A stretch of 64,000 nucleotides of DNA. Origin: the human T2T-CHM13v2.0 reference genome, Homo sapiens. Where the stretch lies: the NCBI RefSeq assembly GCF_009914755.1, contig NC_060932.1. The stretch is one strand, 5' to 3'. Positions 14,897 through 29,497 of this stretch are shown one piece after another. How positions within the stretch are numbered: position 1 is the stretch's first letter; every line of letters begins with the position of its first letter. Under the pieces are notes generated by a model. The model saw only the letters and a list, made by a program, of their open reading frames with translations, searched no databases and was not told the DNA's origin. A program made the position numbers and the translations under genes.

Positions 14897-15199
14897 TTTT
14901 TTTGTTTTGTTTTGTTTTTGAGATGGAGTCTCGCTCTGTAGCCCAGGCTGGAGCGCAGTGGCGTGATCTTGGCTCACTGCAACCTCCACCTCCAGGGTTC
15001 AAGTGATTCTCCTGCCTCAGCCTCCTGAGTAGCTGGGATTACAGGTGCGTGCCACCATGCCCGGCTAATTTTTGTATTTTTAGTAGAGACGGTGTTTCAC
15101 CATGTTAGTCAGGCTGATCTCAGACTCCTGACCTCGTGATCCGCCCACCTTGGCTTCCCAGAGTGTTGGGATTACAGGTGTGAGCCACCGCCTCCAGCC
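14897..15199 (-). mobile_element. AluS (Sg/Sc-like)
   Basis: T-rich tail followed by a full antisense dimer. Confidence 0.95.
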
Positions 15200-15864
15200 A
15201 AAGGGAATCTTTAATTACCCTTTGACACTATGAAGAAAGCAGGCTTGGCCCAGGGCAGTGGGCACTGCCTGAATGGAGCATGGAGCATCTCCCTGCTTAC
15301 TAGCTGGGAGATGCTGGGTGAGATTTCAACTCCACTGGCCTTAGTTCTTTTACAGGCAAAAATGACAACAACAATCCGACTACACTGGGGAGCCAGATGA
15401 TGCCTCATGCCCACCTCGCCTGTTCTTCCAGCTCTTGCAGCTCTTCAGTTTCTCTCTCACTCACTCCTGCCCCTTCTGGATTCCTAGGCTCCTCCTGCAC
15501 TTCCCACCTCTCTGTGTTGTAGAACCCTAGGTCATGGTCCCAATTATTTTCTCCGTTACTAGCTGTGCTCCTTCCCTAGCATCATTTCCAAGGCTTTCAA
15601 GGCTCTCTACGCCACCTACAAGCTGAGCACTCTCAAATGTATAATGCCAGCCCTATCTCTCTCCTGAGTGGGCCTGATCCTTCACCGCTTGATGTGATTT
15701 CTTTGATGTCAAATAAAGATCAGAACCCTCTGTTTCCAGTACAGAACCTTTGATTATATTTCCCAAATATGTTCCTCCTCCTGTCTTACCCATACTAGTG
15801 AAATACTTCCTTGTCATTAAATTCCTCTTTTCCACTCACTTCCTCTATCCAATCATCGGCACAT

Positions 15865-16938
15865 TATCGGGGAACCTGCCCCGATATTCACGTAGGTTCT
15901 TTTCTATTTTCCTTAAGCATCGGCCAGCTTGAGAAATAAAGGGACAGAGTACAAAAGAGAGAAATTTTAAAGCTGGGCATCTGGGGGAGACATCACATGT
16001 CAGTAGGTTCCGTGATGCCCCACAAGTGGCAAAAACCAGCAAGTTTTTATTAGGGAGTTTCAAAAGGGGAGGGAATGTGTGAATAGGTGTGGGTCACAGA
16101 CATCAAGTACTTTACAAGGTAATAGAATATCACAAGGCAAGTGGAGGCAGGGCGAGATCACAGGACCACAGGACGGAGGCAAAATTAAAATTGCTAATGA
16201 AGTTTCAGGCACCATTGTCATTGATGACATCTTATCAGGAGACAGGGTTTTGAGACCAACCGGTCTCACCAAAATTTATTAGGCGGGAATTTCCTCTTCC
16301 TAATAAGCCTGGGAGCGCTATGGGAGACTGGAGTCTATTTCACCTCTGCAGTCTCAACCATAAGAGACGACCACGCCCAGGGGAGCCAGTTCAGAGACCT
16401 ACCCCCAGCTGCACATTCTCTTTCTCAGGGATGTTCCATGCTGAGAAAAAGAATTCAGCGATATTTCTCCCATTTGCTTTTGAAAGAAGAGAAATGTGGA
16501 TCTGTTCCACCCGGCTCACCGGCGGTCAGAGTTTAAGGTTATCTCTCTTATTCCCTGAACAATTGCTATTATCCTGTTCTTTTTTTTTTTAAGGTGCCCA
16601 CATTTCATATTGCTCAAACACACATGATGTACAATTTGTGCAGTTAATGCAATTATTACAGGGTCCTGAGGCGATATACATCCTCCTCAGCTGACAGGAT
16701 TGAGAGATTAAAGTAAAGACAGGCATAGGAAATCACAAGGGTATTGATTGGGGAAGTGATAAGTGTCCATGAAATCTTTACAATTTGTGTTTAGAGAATG
16801 CAGTAAAGACAGGCATAAGAAATTATAAAAGTATTAATTTGGAGAACTAATAAATGTCCATGAAATCTACACAATCCACATTCTTCTGCCATGGCTTCAG
16901 CCGGTCCCTCTGTTTGGGGTCCCTGACTTCCCGCAACA
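15865..16938 (-). mobile_element. MER11 solo LTR (HERV-K HML-8), 1074 bp, probably MER11C
   Basis: Minus strand starts TGTTGCGGGAAGTCAGGGACCCC; perfect 6-bp TSD GCACAT (15859-15864, 16939-16944); minus-strand AATAAA at 16046-16051. Confidence 0.9.
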
Positions 16939-17100
16939 GCACATCCTGTGGATTCACACCCAAAACATGGTTCTGACAAATCGAATCCTTCCTATCTCTT
17001 TCAAAAAATGTTCTCTCAATATTGCATACTGAAAACCTTACTTTTTGCTTCTGCTCTTACCACCTATTTGTCTACTAATATAAAATATAAACTAGATGTT

Positions 17101-17420
17101 GGCCAGGCACGATGACTCATTCTTACAATCCCAGAACTTCAGGAGGCCAAGGTGGGAGGATCACTTGAGGCCAGGAGTTCAAGACCAGCCTGGGTAACAC
17201 AGTGAGACCCTATCGCTATAATTTTTTTTGTGAATATATAAAATTAGCTGGGCACCGTGGTGTGTGCCTATAATCCTAACTACTCAGAAAGCTGAGGTTG
17301 GAAGATCTCTTGAGCCCAGGAATTCGAGGCTGCAGTGAGCCATGATCTTGCCACCACACTCTGGCCTAGGTGACAGAACGAGAGTTTGTCTCTAAAAAAA
17401 AAAGTAAATAAAATGAATAA
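17101..17420 (+). mobile_element. AluJ
   Basis: ggaggatcacttgaggccaggagttc and ttgagcccaggaattcgaggctgcag J-type motifs; degenerate TSD aatataaac(t/c)aga. Confidence 0.9.
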
Positions 17421-19723
17421 ATATAAACCAGACGCCATTATCCCCTCCTGGCGCTTAGAATGAAATCTAAAGTCTTTACTATGGTTAATTGGCCCTAAAT
17501 GATGAGTGTGGGAGCTGCAGCCATAGTGAGGACTGAACACAGAGCTGACGCTTTGTGCTGTATCCCGGCCCAGCAAATATTTATAGAATGCATGACTGAC
17601 CAAAGCTCCAAGTGGCCTGATCACAGAGAACTTGGCAGTGGGTGTAGTAACATTTGTGGAGGTGAGCTGAATCTTGGACAGAGCAGTTAGCTCACTGAGG
17701 CTGTCTCTATTTCCCGCTATGTCCTCATGATGACCCAGAGTCCACATCGATCCAGGTTCCCTTGCAAAAGGCCAGCACAAAGGATGCCCAGAATGCACAA
17801 CATGGGGCTTTCTGAGAAGGGTACAGCCAAGGCCCCACCTTCAAATCCTGAAACCCGTCCTGCTAATAAGTCATCAGGAGACTCAGCAAATTGGAGGCAA
17901 AGAGCCTTGTTGATGTGATTCAGGCTTTCCTGAACCATCTGCCTCCCCATATGCTTCCCTAGGAGAACTAAGTATAGTCGCAATTGCAGCTAATCAAATA
18001 TTTGTCAGAGCTGCAGTGTCCCCACCCAGTCACGGTCTCCAGGATGTGCCAAGGAGCACAGAGCTGTTTGCTAGTCCACCGTGGCCTTGGCCTTAGTTGG
18101 AGGTCACAGAATATAGGGCGGAGTTGCGACTACAAAAAATAGCAGGGAGCCCCAGAGTCACTGCTGATTAGGGGAGAACAGGTGGTTGCTCTGCCTTTGT
18201 TTTCCACAGAGATGGCAGATCCCTCCAGCAGGGCCTGCCCACTCCAGAGGCTAAGATAAGCCCAGCCAGTCCAGAAACAGATCATAGCCTCAGTCCCTCC
18301 AACTCCCTCCAAGTTCTGAGGCACCCTCCAACCCAAGCGCTGAATGAGCTGTCTCCACCACAGCACATTCTCATCTGTACTGTCTCCCCTTTCCTCTCTT
18401 GGTCCCCTCCCTTCTGTCCATTAGGGCACACACCCACACACCAGGGTTGCACTTGCAGTCTGGAGCAGGGCAGGATATTCAAAATTGGGGAGCACAGAGA
18501 GTACCTAGTCCGAATGCCTGCCAGGCAGGGCGGTGAGCAGGGCCTGCAGGTCACCGGCTGCCCTGGTGTAAATCCTCTAGCTATGAATGATAGAGAAGGT
18601 GAGGGTCTGGAATGGGGGCCAAGGTAACTGGCCACTGTAGTCTGGGAGGGAGGACTTGGAAAGCTCAGGGCAGTGCTTGTTATAACAACTGCTCCTATCA
18701 GATGCACTGGCTGAATATTGCCCCTGGTTAAAATGAGCAAGGTATCCCCATGCCATGCACAGGTCAGTCCTGCCAAGACCTGTGTCTGCAGCTCAAGTTT
18801 TGTCTTCTTAGCTTCACAGCTTTTCACCTCATTCATTCTCCTTCTAGACTCCAGTGGCAGCTCAGAGTGACCTGAGCTCCTGTCCTCCAGGACAGCAGAG
18901 GCTCTTGCAGCTGACATTTTTCCTTCCCTTATTCAGCTCCTCTCTCTGCTGCTAATACATTGTGCCAAATACTGCAGATACACAGTCTGTCTGTGCATGG
19001 ACACGGGAATTCCTTCAGGGAGAGGTCCCCTCTCTCCAGCTCAAACCTCCTTAGTCCTTGATACCCATGCACTCTTCCAGTTGCCTGCATACCTCAGAGT
19101 CCCAGGCCAATGGGTGACCTGGTTTCTGATGGGTCACCTTGACTCAGACTTGGCCCTGGCTGGGTCAAGTAATTAACTTTCAACTCTACACAGCAAATGC
19201 AGAACAGAAGGGTTTTAACCGCACATTTCAACCAAGTTCTGGAATGTTTCTTTATCTGAACTTCTGCATGTAAGCCCCTTAGCTCGAGTCAACAATTGGA
19301 CCAGTCTCAGGCATAGCCAGTGTATGGTAACCACACACTTATTGGTGCTGACACTTCAGGGAGTAGGGCCTTGAGAAATGATGCAAGATCCCACACATTT
19401 CAAACTGTCACGCTTTCAGCAAGCTTTCTCTGCCTGTCCCAGAGTAGTGTGAATATTCTCACCTCTGGATCATATGCATTTACTGCTCAACAACACTCGG
19501 CAGGCAGAAGATGCTGTCCATCTCTTCCATGCATCCCTCCAATACACACACTCCATTCATCAGAAATACTGAGAATTCCAGGGACCTTGCAGGATAAGTA
19601 GACACAAGATGCTCCTTGCTTTTGAAGAATCCCCAATATTATTCTCCTCTCTTGAATAAATGTTATGATTTCCTCATTAGTGTCACCTGTTGAATCTTGC
19701 CCTCTGACCCCACAGCAGGTATA

Positions 19724-20125
19724 TGCCCCTTGTGCTCAGCCCCCAGCAACGTATAGAGGGCTGGCTGATGGTGCCCCTGGTGCCTAAACAAACTTTCATG
19801 CTTGCCTCTGCACCAAGACGTTGATGTGACAATAAATGAGCATAGGAGAACAGGTCATCTGGTAGTTGAATCTAAGCTGCAAAAATTGCTGCCGAGGATG
19901 TAGATCTAGGTGTTCATTGACACTATAGCCAACTGGCTAAGCCTTGGCTGACACCCAGCCAGGTGATACTGCAACTTTCAGAAGGCTCTTTTGACCCCTT
20001 GTGTCTGAGAAAATTCTACATCCACTACCTGAAAGTCACAGTGTCATCTGCATGGGTGTCAGCCAAGGCTTAGCCAGTTAGCTCTCGTGTCAATGAACAC
20101 CTATGCCTACATCCTCAAAAGCAAT
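19724..20125. repeat. Complex local duplication: inverted copy of 21932-22193 joined to a direct copy of 21888-22027, forming a 97-bp-stem hairpin
   Basis: Alignment by eye; stem arms 19885-19981 and 20029-20125, about 85% complementary. Confidence 0.9.
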
Positions 20126-20246
20126 ATGTGTTTGCTCAATTAAACAGATGGGGCAGGATGACTTGAGGGATGTGACAGTGCTGCTTTAGACCACTGTGGT
20201 ACTGGGGGAGAACTGAAAGGTTCATAATTTTTCCTATTATAAGAAC

Positions 20247-20250
<4 letters not shown>

Positions 20251-20278
<28 letters not shown>

Positions 20279-20476
20279 GAGGCAGAGTCTTGCTCTGTCG
20301 CCCAGGCTGGAGTGCAGTGGCACCATCTTGGCTCACTGCAACTTCCACCTCCCAGTTCAAGCGATTTTCCTACCTCAGCCTCCCAAGTAGCTGGGACTAT
20401 AGGTGCCCACCACCACACCCAGCTAAATTTTTGTATTTTTAGTAGAGAGGGGGTTTCGCCACGTTGGCCAGTCTGG
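20251..20476 (-). mobile_element. 5'-truncated AluS inserted in a MIR
   Basis: Long T tail; TSD AGAACATGATTTTT on both sides. Confidence 0.9.
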
Positions 20477-21887
20477 AGAACATGATTTTTTCTTAAAAAA
20501 CTTCATTTTCTGTAAAATGGAGCTATAATATCTAATCACAGGGTTGTTGTGAGTATCAAATGAGATGATACAAATCAATGCCTGTGACTCACTATACACG
20601 AGCAATATTGTTCAGTGTTTTAATTACTTCCTTGACTTTTGGGGAGAAGGAGGGTTGGTCCTGGCTCATAGTGATTTCCACCATGCCAAATCTAAGCTTC
20701 TTGCTGATTAGACCTGGTTAATTATTGATAATTCTCAGAAGTCCTATCACACTGCTTGCCCAAATGACCAATCCGTAAATCTTTTTTGAATGTTCTGTTC
20801 CTCTGACATTCTTTTTTCCACTTTCTTCTTCTCATCCATAAAGACTGTGTATTTTTCCTTTCCTCAGAAGTTCTTCCCTCAGTGCCACAGGCAGAGTAAT
20901 TGCTCCCTCGTCTGTTTCCACAGCATTTTGCACCAGCTCTTGTAGAATACTTGTTCCTCCGAGCAGCAGTTCTGTGTGTCTTTCTGTAACCAGACTGTGG
21001 GCTTCTCCAAGACGGAAAAGTACACAACTCACCAGTGAGCTCTAGGATTCTAGTAAGGTGCTTGACATAAGAGGCACATAATTAGTCTTTTTTATTGAAT
21101 TGATAGCATCATCCTCACCTCAAAAGTCTGCCTGTTTCTCAGTGACCTCTTAAATGCTACCTCTTCTATGAAGATCTTCCCAACTGGAAGGCAGAATTTA
21201 GCACTTATAAGCTGCACAGGCTCTGACTCAGACTGATCTTTATTTAAGTTCAGGCTTTCCATGCACTTGCAAATCATTTATCCTTTCTGAGAATAATTAT
21301 CTTCACATATAAAGTAATCATGAAAGATTAGATAAGACAAAGATGCCCATCGTTATTATTAAAAACACATATCTTCCGCCTGTTTATTCATCTAGCTTTA
21401 CACCTTTCCTGTGTCTCACAGAGTCCACCTCCTATTTTACCCATCTTAGAGTCACCTTATTGCCACCCACCTACTCCCTCTCACCCTCTATTGTTCTGTA
21501 AGCTACTTAAGGGCATAGACATTAAGCAATCACTTGAGTCTCTTCCCTGTGACCTAGATCAGTACTTTAAATAAAATAGATGCTCAAAAAGTTGCCAAAT
21601 GAGCACTTGAGTGTTAGTCTGGGGAACTTGCTTATCCCCAAAAGAAGGCTGAGTACTCACTCCTATATCTGAAAACTCATGCAACCAATATGGGGACTGG
21701 GAGCTAAAAGAAAGTCATGTAGTTTTATAAACGCATTTCACAAATAGGAACTGGGGCCTCAGAGAGATGGAGAATCCAACCAAGGACCAGCAGTGGAATC
21801 CCGAATCTACCCGCTGCACCCACGGCCCTCTCTGCTACCCCCAACTGCCCTGATGCTTACTAGGGTACCAAAAAACTATTTCCAAGG

Positions 21888-22193
21888 GGCTCTCTTGACT
21901 CCTTGTGTCTGAGAAAATTCTACATCCACTATCTGAAAGTTGTAGTGTCACCTGATTGAGTGTCAGCCAAGGCTTAGCCCGTTGGCTCTAGTATCAGTGA
22001 ACACCTAGGCCTGCATCCTCAGAAGCACTTTTTGCAGCTTTAGATTCAACTACCAAATGGCCTGTTCTCCTGGGCTCATTTACCTTCCAGTCAACATTAT
22101 GGTGCAGAGGCAACCACCAAGTTTGCTGTTTAGGCTCCAGGGCCACAATCGGCTGGCCCTTTATACGCTGCTGGGGGCTGAGCACAAGGAGCA
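21888..22193. repeat. Probable donor segment of the 19724-20125 duplication
   Basis: Contains the colinear, unrearranged version of both duplicated pieces. Confidence 0.85.
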
Positions 22194-22368
22194 CTTATCC
22201 CCGTGACCAAGCAATCATTCCTCCACCTTCCTCATCATCTCTTGCTATTATGCGGCTGTTTATTTGCATGTCTGTATGAGTTCCTTAGAGTTCAGTAGTG
22301 CTGTGGTTCATCCCAGCAGCCACAGAACTTGGCACAGGGCTTGGAAAAAGCAAACTTTTTAATGACTG

Positions 22369-22887
22369 TGTTACCCAAAAAAGAATGGGGTTCATTTGCC
22401 TGGCAAGTAACAGACAAATCTCCACAAGAGCACAGGTTTGGATCGATAGGAGTTACATCACTTGTCACAAGGGAGGAGAGCACTAGGAGTATTTTCCAAG
22501 CAGTGTCTCCCCAAGGGAAAGTGACAGGAGGGTTTTTTGGGGTGGTGGAAAGGGGAGAGGGTGCATCATCGCATGCAGAGGAGGGGGCTCAGAGGTGCAG
22601 ACACAGTGAGTCATCATGCCAGCACAGAAGCACAGAGGTTGCATGTTATGATAATGAGGCTACAGCTCCTCCGGGGGTGGAGGCTTTAGCATGGTAACCA
22701 AGAAAGTTCACTCAAGTTCATCTACAAGTTGCCAGGGCTGTCGGGAGCTGCTTCCACCCAATTAGGTGATTACATTCCACACAGGATTTTAGGTGGAAAA
22801 AAAACAGGCTGAAGGCTGTAAAATAGGCAGATTGCTCAAGTTGATTAAACTACTATAGTCCCTGGAGATCCTCCATGTCTGCTTGCA
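22369..22887 (-). mobile_element. ERV solo LTR, family unassigned
   Basis: About 520 bp bounded by TG...CA; minus strand starts TGCAAGCAGACATGGAGGATCTCCAGGGACTATAG, resembling ERV1/ERVL LTR starts. Confidence 0.55.
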
Positions 22888-23498
22888 ACTAGAGTGTTTC
22901 AACTATTTTTCCTATTTTATTTTACATATCCAACATTTCCTCCTAAACCAGATTCGTCCCAATAATGTTGAAATATATTCACCATTCTCTCATTAGAAAT
23001 AAAATATACACAGAAGTCAAATCTCGCAGCTCTTCCTAGATACCTTGGTTGGGTGGCAACCAACTTACCTAAAGGATGTCTCTACTGGCTGTTTTCATTT
23101 CTCCATTGCTCTACTCACTCTTCATTATCCCAGATCTGATTTCCGTCCCCTTAGCATCAGTTTAAAAAAAAAACATTCCTATTGAGGTAAATAGTGTCCT
23201 ACATGTTTCTAAAAGCTCGAGGAAATTTTTAGTCCACATTATACTTGGATTCTTTGCAGTATTCTCCAATGTTGTTCCACTCCTCCCCCTTGAAATACCC
23301 TCCCTTGGCCGCCGTGAAATGAAGCTTCACTATTTTTCCTCTTGACCCTCTGATAGCTTTTCTCTCTCTCCTTATAAGGGTCACCTCCCTGTAAATTGGC
23401 ATGCCTTTCCCCACTCCAATGTCACTTTCTATCCCCATTAGGGTGGTTTATTTTATCTCATGGCACATATTACTGTTTGTGTTATACTGATTATCTTC

Positions 23499-23672
23499 CT
23501 TTTTAAAAAATTTTTAAATTATTTTAGAGACAGGGTCTCACTCTGTTGCTCAGGCTGGAGTGCAGTGGCACATTAATGGCTCACTGCAGGCTCAACCTCC
23601 TGGGCTCAAAGGATCCTCCTGCCTCAGCCTCCTGAGTAGCTGGAACTACAGGCATGCACCATTGTGCCCAGC
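23499..23672 (-). mobile_element. Alu monomer (FRAM/AluJ right arm)
   Basis: Single monomer with TSD TGATTATCTTC. Confidence 0.85.
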
Positions 23673-23919
23673 TGATTATCTTCTTTTCCAACCGTAATGT
23701 AAGCAACATGAGAGCAGAAAATCTGCCTATTTTGTGCATTTTCCAAGTCCTACACTTAAAATGACATCTAGGACATAGCCGCTTAATGAAAATTATGTCT
23801 CTAAAACAGATTTTTCCTCTAAGCTCAAGATCTATAAGTTAAATTGGCTACTTCAAATTTTATGCTTAGATTTTCAAAGATACCATACATTTAACATGTT
23901 CAAAAGTAATCTACCATCC

Positions 23920-25800
<1,881 letters not shown>

Positions 25801-26830
25801 ACTTTTTATCACTACTAGAAAAAGAGAATTAAAAAATATTTTAGTGAATGACCCTATAATCTAACCTCTTGCATACGGCAAAAATCTGAGGGTCACCTTC
25901 AATAAATCCTTTTCTCTCACTTTCCATGTGTAATCCCTCAACAAGTAATTCCAATTCTCTCCCTCTCAATCACCCACCACAACCTTGTCCGTGCTCTCCT
26001 TGCCTCACTCCTGGACCACTCTGCCCAGTGGCCTTCCTTCTGCTCAGCCCGACTCCTGTGCAGACTTTCTCCACAGTTTTGTCTGAGAAGAATCTTTTCA
26101 ATATGCAAAATGGATCAAGTTGCTCCCGGCCCGAAGCCCTTCAGCATCTTTCCACTCCACTTAGGATAAAGAAAAAAAAATCCTAATGTATTTCTCAAAG
26201 CCAGTTTTGCTTTCTCCCACCCCTCCATCTCCATATCACTCCAGGATCCAACTCCTTCCAGCTCACTGTTCTCCAGCCTCCCTGGCCTGCCAGCCCCTCC
26301 CTGTCACAAGCTACCTTTGCCCATGCTGTTCCCTCTGCTTGGAATGGCATTTCCCTTCCTTGTGGACCCAGAGGCTTCAACTCGCCCCTCACCTCTCAGT
26401 TCAGGCATCTCTTCCTCCCTGGAAAGTCTTCCCTAATCTCCTTAACGTGGTCAGACATACCTCTTAGTGGTGTGTCTGTGCAACTGGATACAAGCTAGTG
26501 GTGTAGAAATACCTTTGTGTTATTATTTACATAGTAACTGCCTTTTGTATTAAACTAAGGCCTCTGTAAAGGGAGGTTTGTTTGGCTCAAACAGATCTAA
26601 TACACTGTTTAGCACCCAGTTGCTCAACAGATATTGGCTGAATGTGGAACTTTAAAAAAATAGTATTAATTTTGAATGAAATTATAAAGGCATTAACTCA
26701 TTGACCATTTTCAAAGCATTTCCTTCTCATCGGACCATTACAAAAAATAATAAAAATATAGAGAAGTCAAAGTATTCACTTGATGAAATGAAATTAAAAA
26801 TCAAACTGGAAAACATATATTGGCTCTACT

Positions 26831-27159
<329 letters not shown>

Positions 27160-28749
27160 TGATTTTTAAACTCTCTGAGATCCAGGTTCCTTCTGTAGCG
27201 ACAGAGATACCTTTCTCTACAGATTGTTATGAGGACGTATACAATAATATCAACAAAAAATCTAGCACAGTGCCCAGTGCATTCAGTTGTATAGTCAAGA
27301 GAAATTTATTAGTGCCATTACTACCAATCCATGAAAATACGGGTCAGCCATTGGCACATATTTCAGAGAGCTGAGCAAAGTACACTTACTTCAAGGGAGT
27401 TAAACAAGAGCATTAATTTCCCAGAGTCATGACTTTTATTGTGTCTTAAACTTTAACAATATTGACCTGAATTGCTCTAAACCAAAGCCATCAATACTGC
27501 AGAATGTTTGCTCAGGTGAAGCTTTCGAACAGGATTTAGGTGAAAGCAAAAGGTTCCTAAAATGGAGTGTGGAAGTGATGTGAGATTCTTCATTCATCTG
27601 CTTATCTTTGAATCCGCCTATCTGTCCATTGGCTCAAAACTTAAGTATTGAGTAACTGAGATACACCAGGCACTAGAGTTATGGCAGTGAAGAGAACGGA
27701 GTTCCTGTCTTCATAGAACTTACACTATAGAAAAACAAAAACAGAAACAAAAACAAAAACATAAAACCCACAAAACACTCAAGTAACCATTCCATTCTAG
27801 TGCCATGAATGTTAAAAAATAAATAAAAATAGAAGAAAATATAGAACACTTAAGTTGTAGATAGGGAAGGACCTGTTATATAACAATAAAAATAGGCATT
27901 TATATAAACTGTGGCTGGATAGATACGAGAACAGACTCTGCAAACCAATGTGAGGGAGCAGATTCAGAAGCAGAGCTCACAAAGGAGTGGGTGAAAACCA
28001 TGGCTCTTGGACCCCTGGGTCAGGTTAGTGGAGGAACATGGTGTCAGGTAGAAGGAGATTAAAGCATTTTGGAAAGAAGACATATGCAGATGTTTGGAGA
28101 GAGCTTTTGCTATGCAGTCTCTGTTTACACCATCTCCAATGGAGGAGATCAAAGAAGTATCGCCTCCTTTTATCCACGTATAGACGGCCTACTCAGAAAG
28201 CTTGGTATAGATTCCCATGTTTGGGGACCAGAGGCACAGGGATATTTCACTCCTCAGAAAGCTAAGGCAATCCCAGGCGACAAGAGGAAGGCTAATGCAT
28301 CAGGATATGCTCAGATATTTAGAATTTGTTGAGGCAAAGGAAGCATTGCTCATGGACTAGAGGTGAGACACGTGGGGAAAAGAGTTGTCCTGGTGCCATT
28401 TTAAGGCCCAAGACTCCAGCAGGAGATTTCTGTGTGTTTGAAACATGTCCAATTACAAAATGGACATCCAAGGCACACTCAGTCAGCAGGGAGCCTCGGG
28501 AGGAGAGTCACTCATGAGGGACCCCCGAGGTTCCATGCTGACAGTAGCCTGGGGCTATGGCTCAAGCACACCATGATATTGGAGCCAATGAGGCCTGAAC
28601 ACAAATCCCAGGCCCACCAGTTTACTTCCCTGAACCTCAGTTCTTCCACCTGCAAAAGAGAATGTTAGCTACAGCATCGAGCAGTTGGGAAGAATATTTA
28701 CATGAGTAGGAAAGACCATTTTAAACAAGCTTACAGGCAAAAGCTTCAA

Positions 28750-29280
28750 TACACTAAACTTCAAAGTGTAAAATGTCTGTATGACAAAAACTGCCTAAAA
28801 CAAACTTAAAAGACAAGCTACAGACTACGGGAAGACATTTTCTACATGATATACCCAAAAATTGTCATCAAAGATGTGGTTGGCAGAAGACAGGAAATAA
28901 AATTATATAATGAAGGAGTAAATTATTCAAAGAAAAAGAAGCAAAAGTTGTAGATGGGAGATTCATGAAAGGGAAGACAAAAATAGCCAATAAACATGAG
29001 AAGATGGTCAACCTCCTTAGTAATTAGGGAAATGTAAACTAAAACAGTGCTATATTTTACCCTTCTTGATTGGTTTCAATAAATAAATATTTCCATAAAC
29101 TGCTAGTGGAAGTTGAAACTGACACTTTGAAGTACATTTTGGAAGTCTTTTTTTTTTTTTTTTTTTTTTAAATCTGCATACCCTATGACTACTTCAGCCA
29201 TGTGGCTGCTTGGTATCTCCCTTAGAGAAACCTTTCACATGTTTTCACAAAGAGGCATGGACAGAAATGGTTACAGAATC
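28750..29280 (+). mobile_element. Old L1M (L1ME-like) fragment
   Basis: aaatagccaataaacatgagaagatggtcaacctccttagtaattagggaaatgtaaactaaaac ORF2 3'-end motif. Confidence 0.65.
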
Positions 29281-29305
29281 ATCATCACTTGGAAAAGTCC
29301 CCAAA

Positions 29306-29497
29306 CAGTGGCAGGCTAGGACATGTTTAACAACTGGCTTCCCCCAAACAGACCTGATTTGCAGTGTTTGCTGATTTCCTGGCACACACAGCCCCACCAT
29401 GGCCAATTTAAAGCTACTGAAATGAAGTCACTAAAGGAGATGGGATGTCCACAGTCAGCTCTTGTGAGTAACACAAGCTGGCTGCAAGACACCACTG
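29306..29497 (-). mobile_element. MER63A-like hAT MITE
   Basis: CAGTGG...CCACTG termini; internal tttaacaactggct and ccaccatggccaatttaaagctac. Confidence 0.8.

Noticed and set aside
18282-18917. Longest ORF in the track (211 aa)
   Set aside because: No recognisable domain or splice context; consistent with chance in a GC-richer intronic patch.
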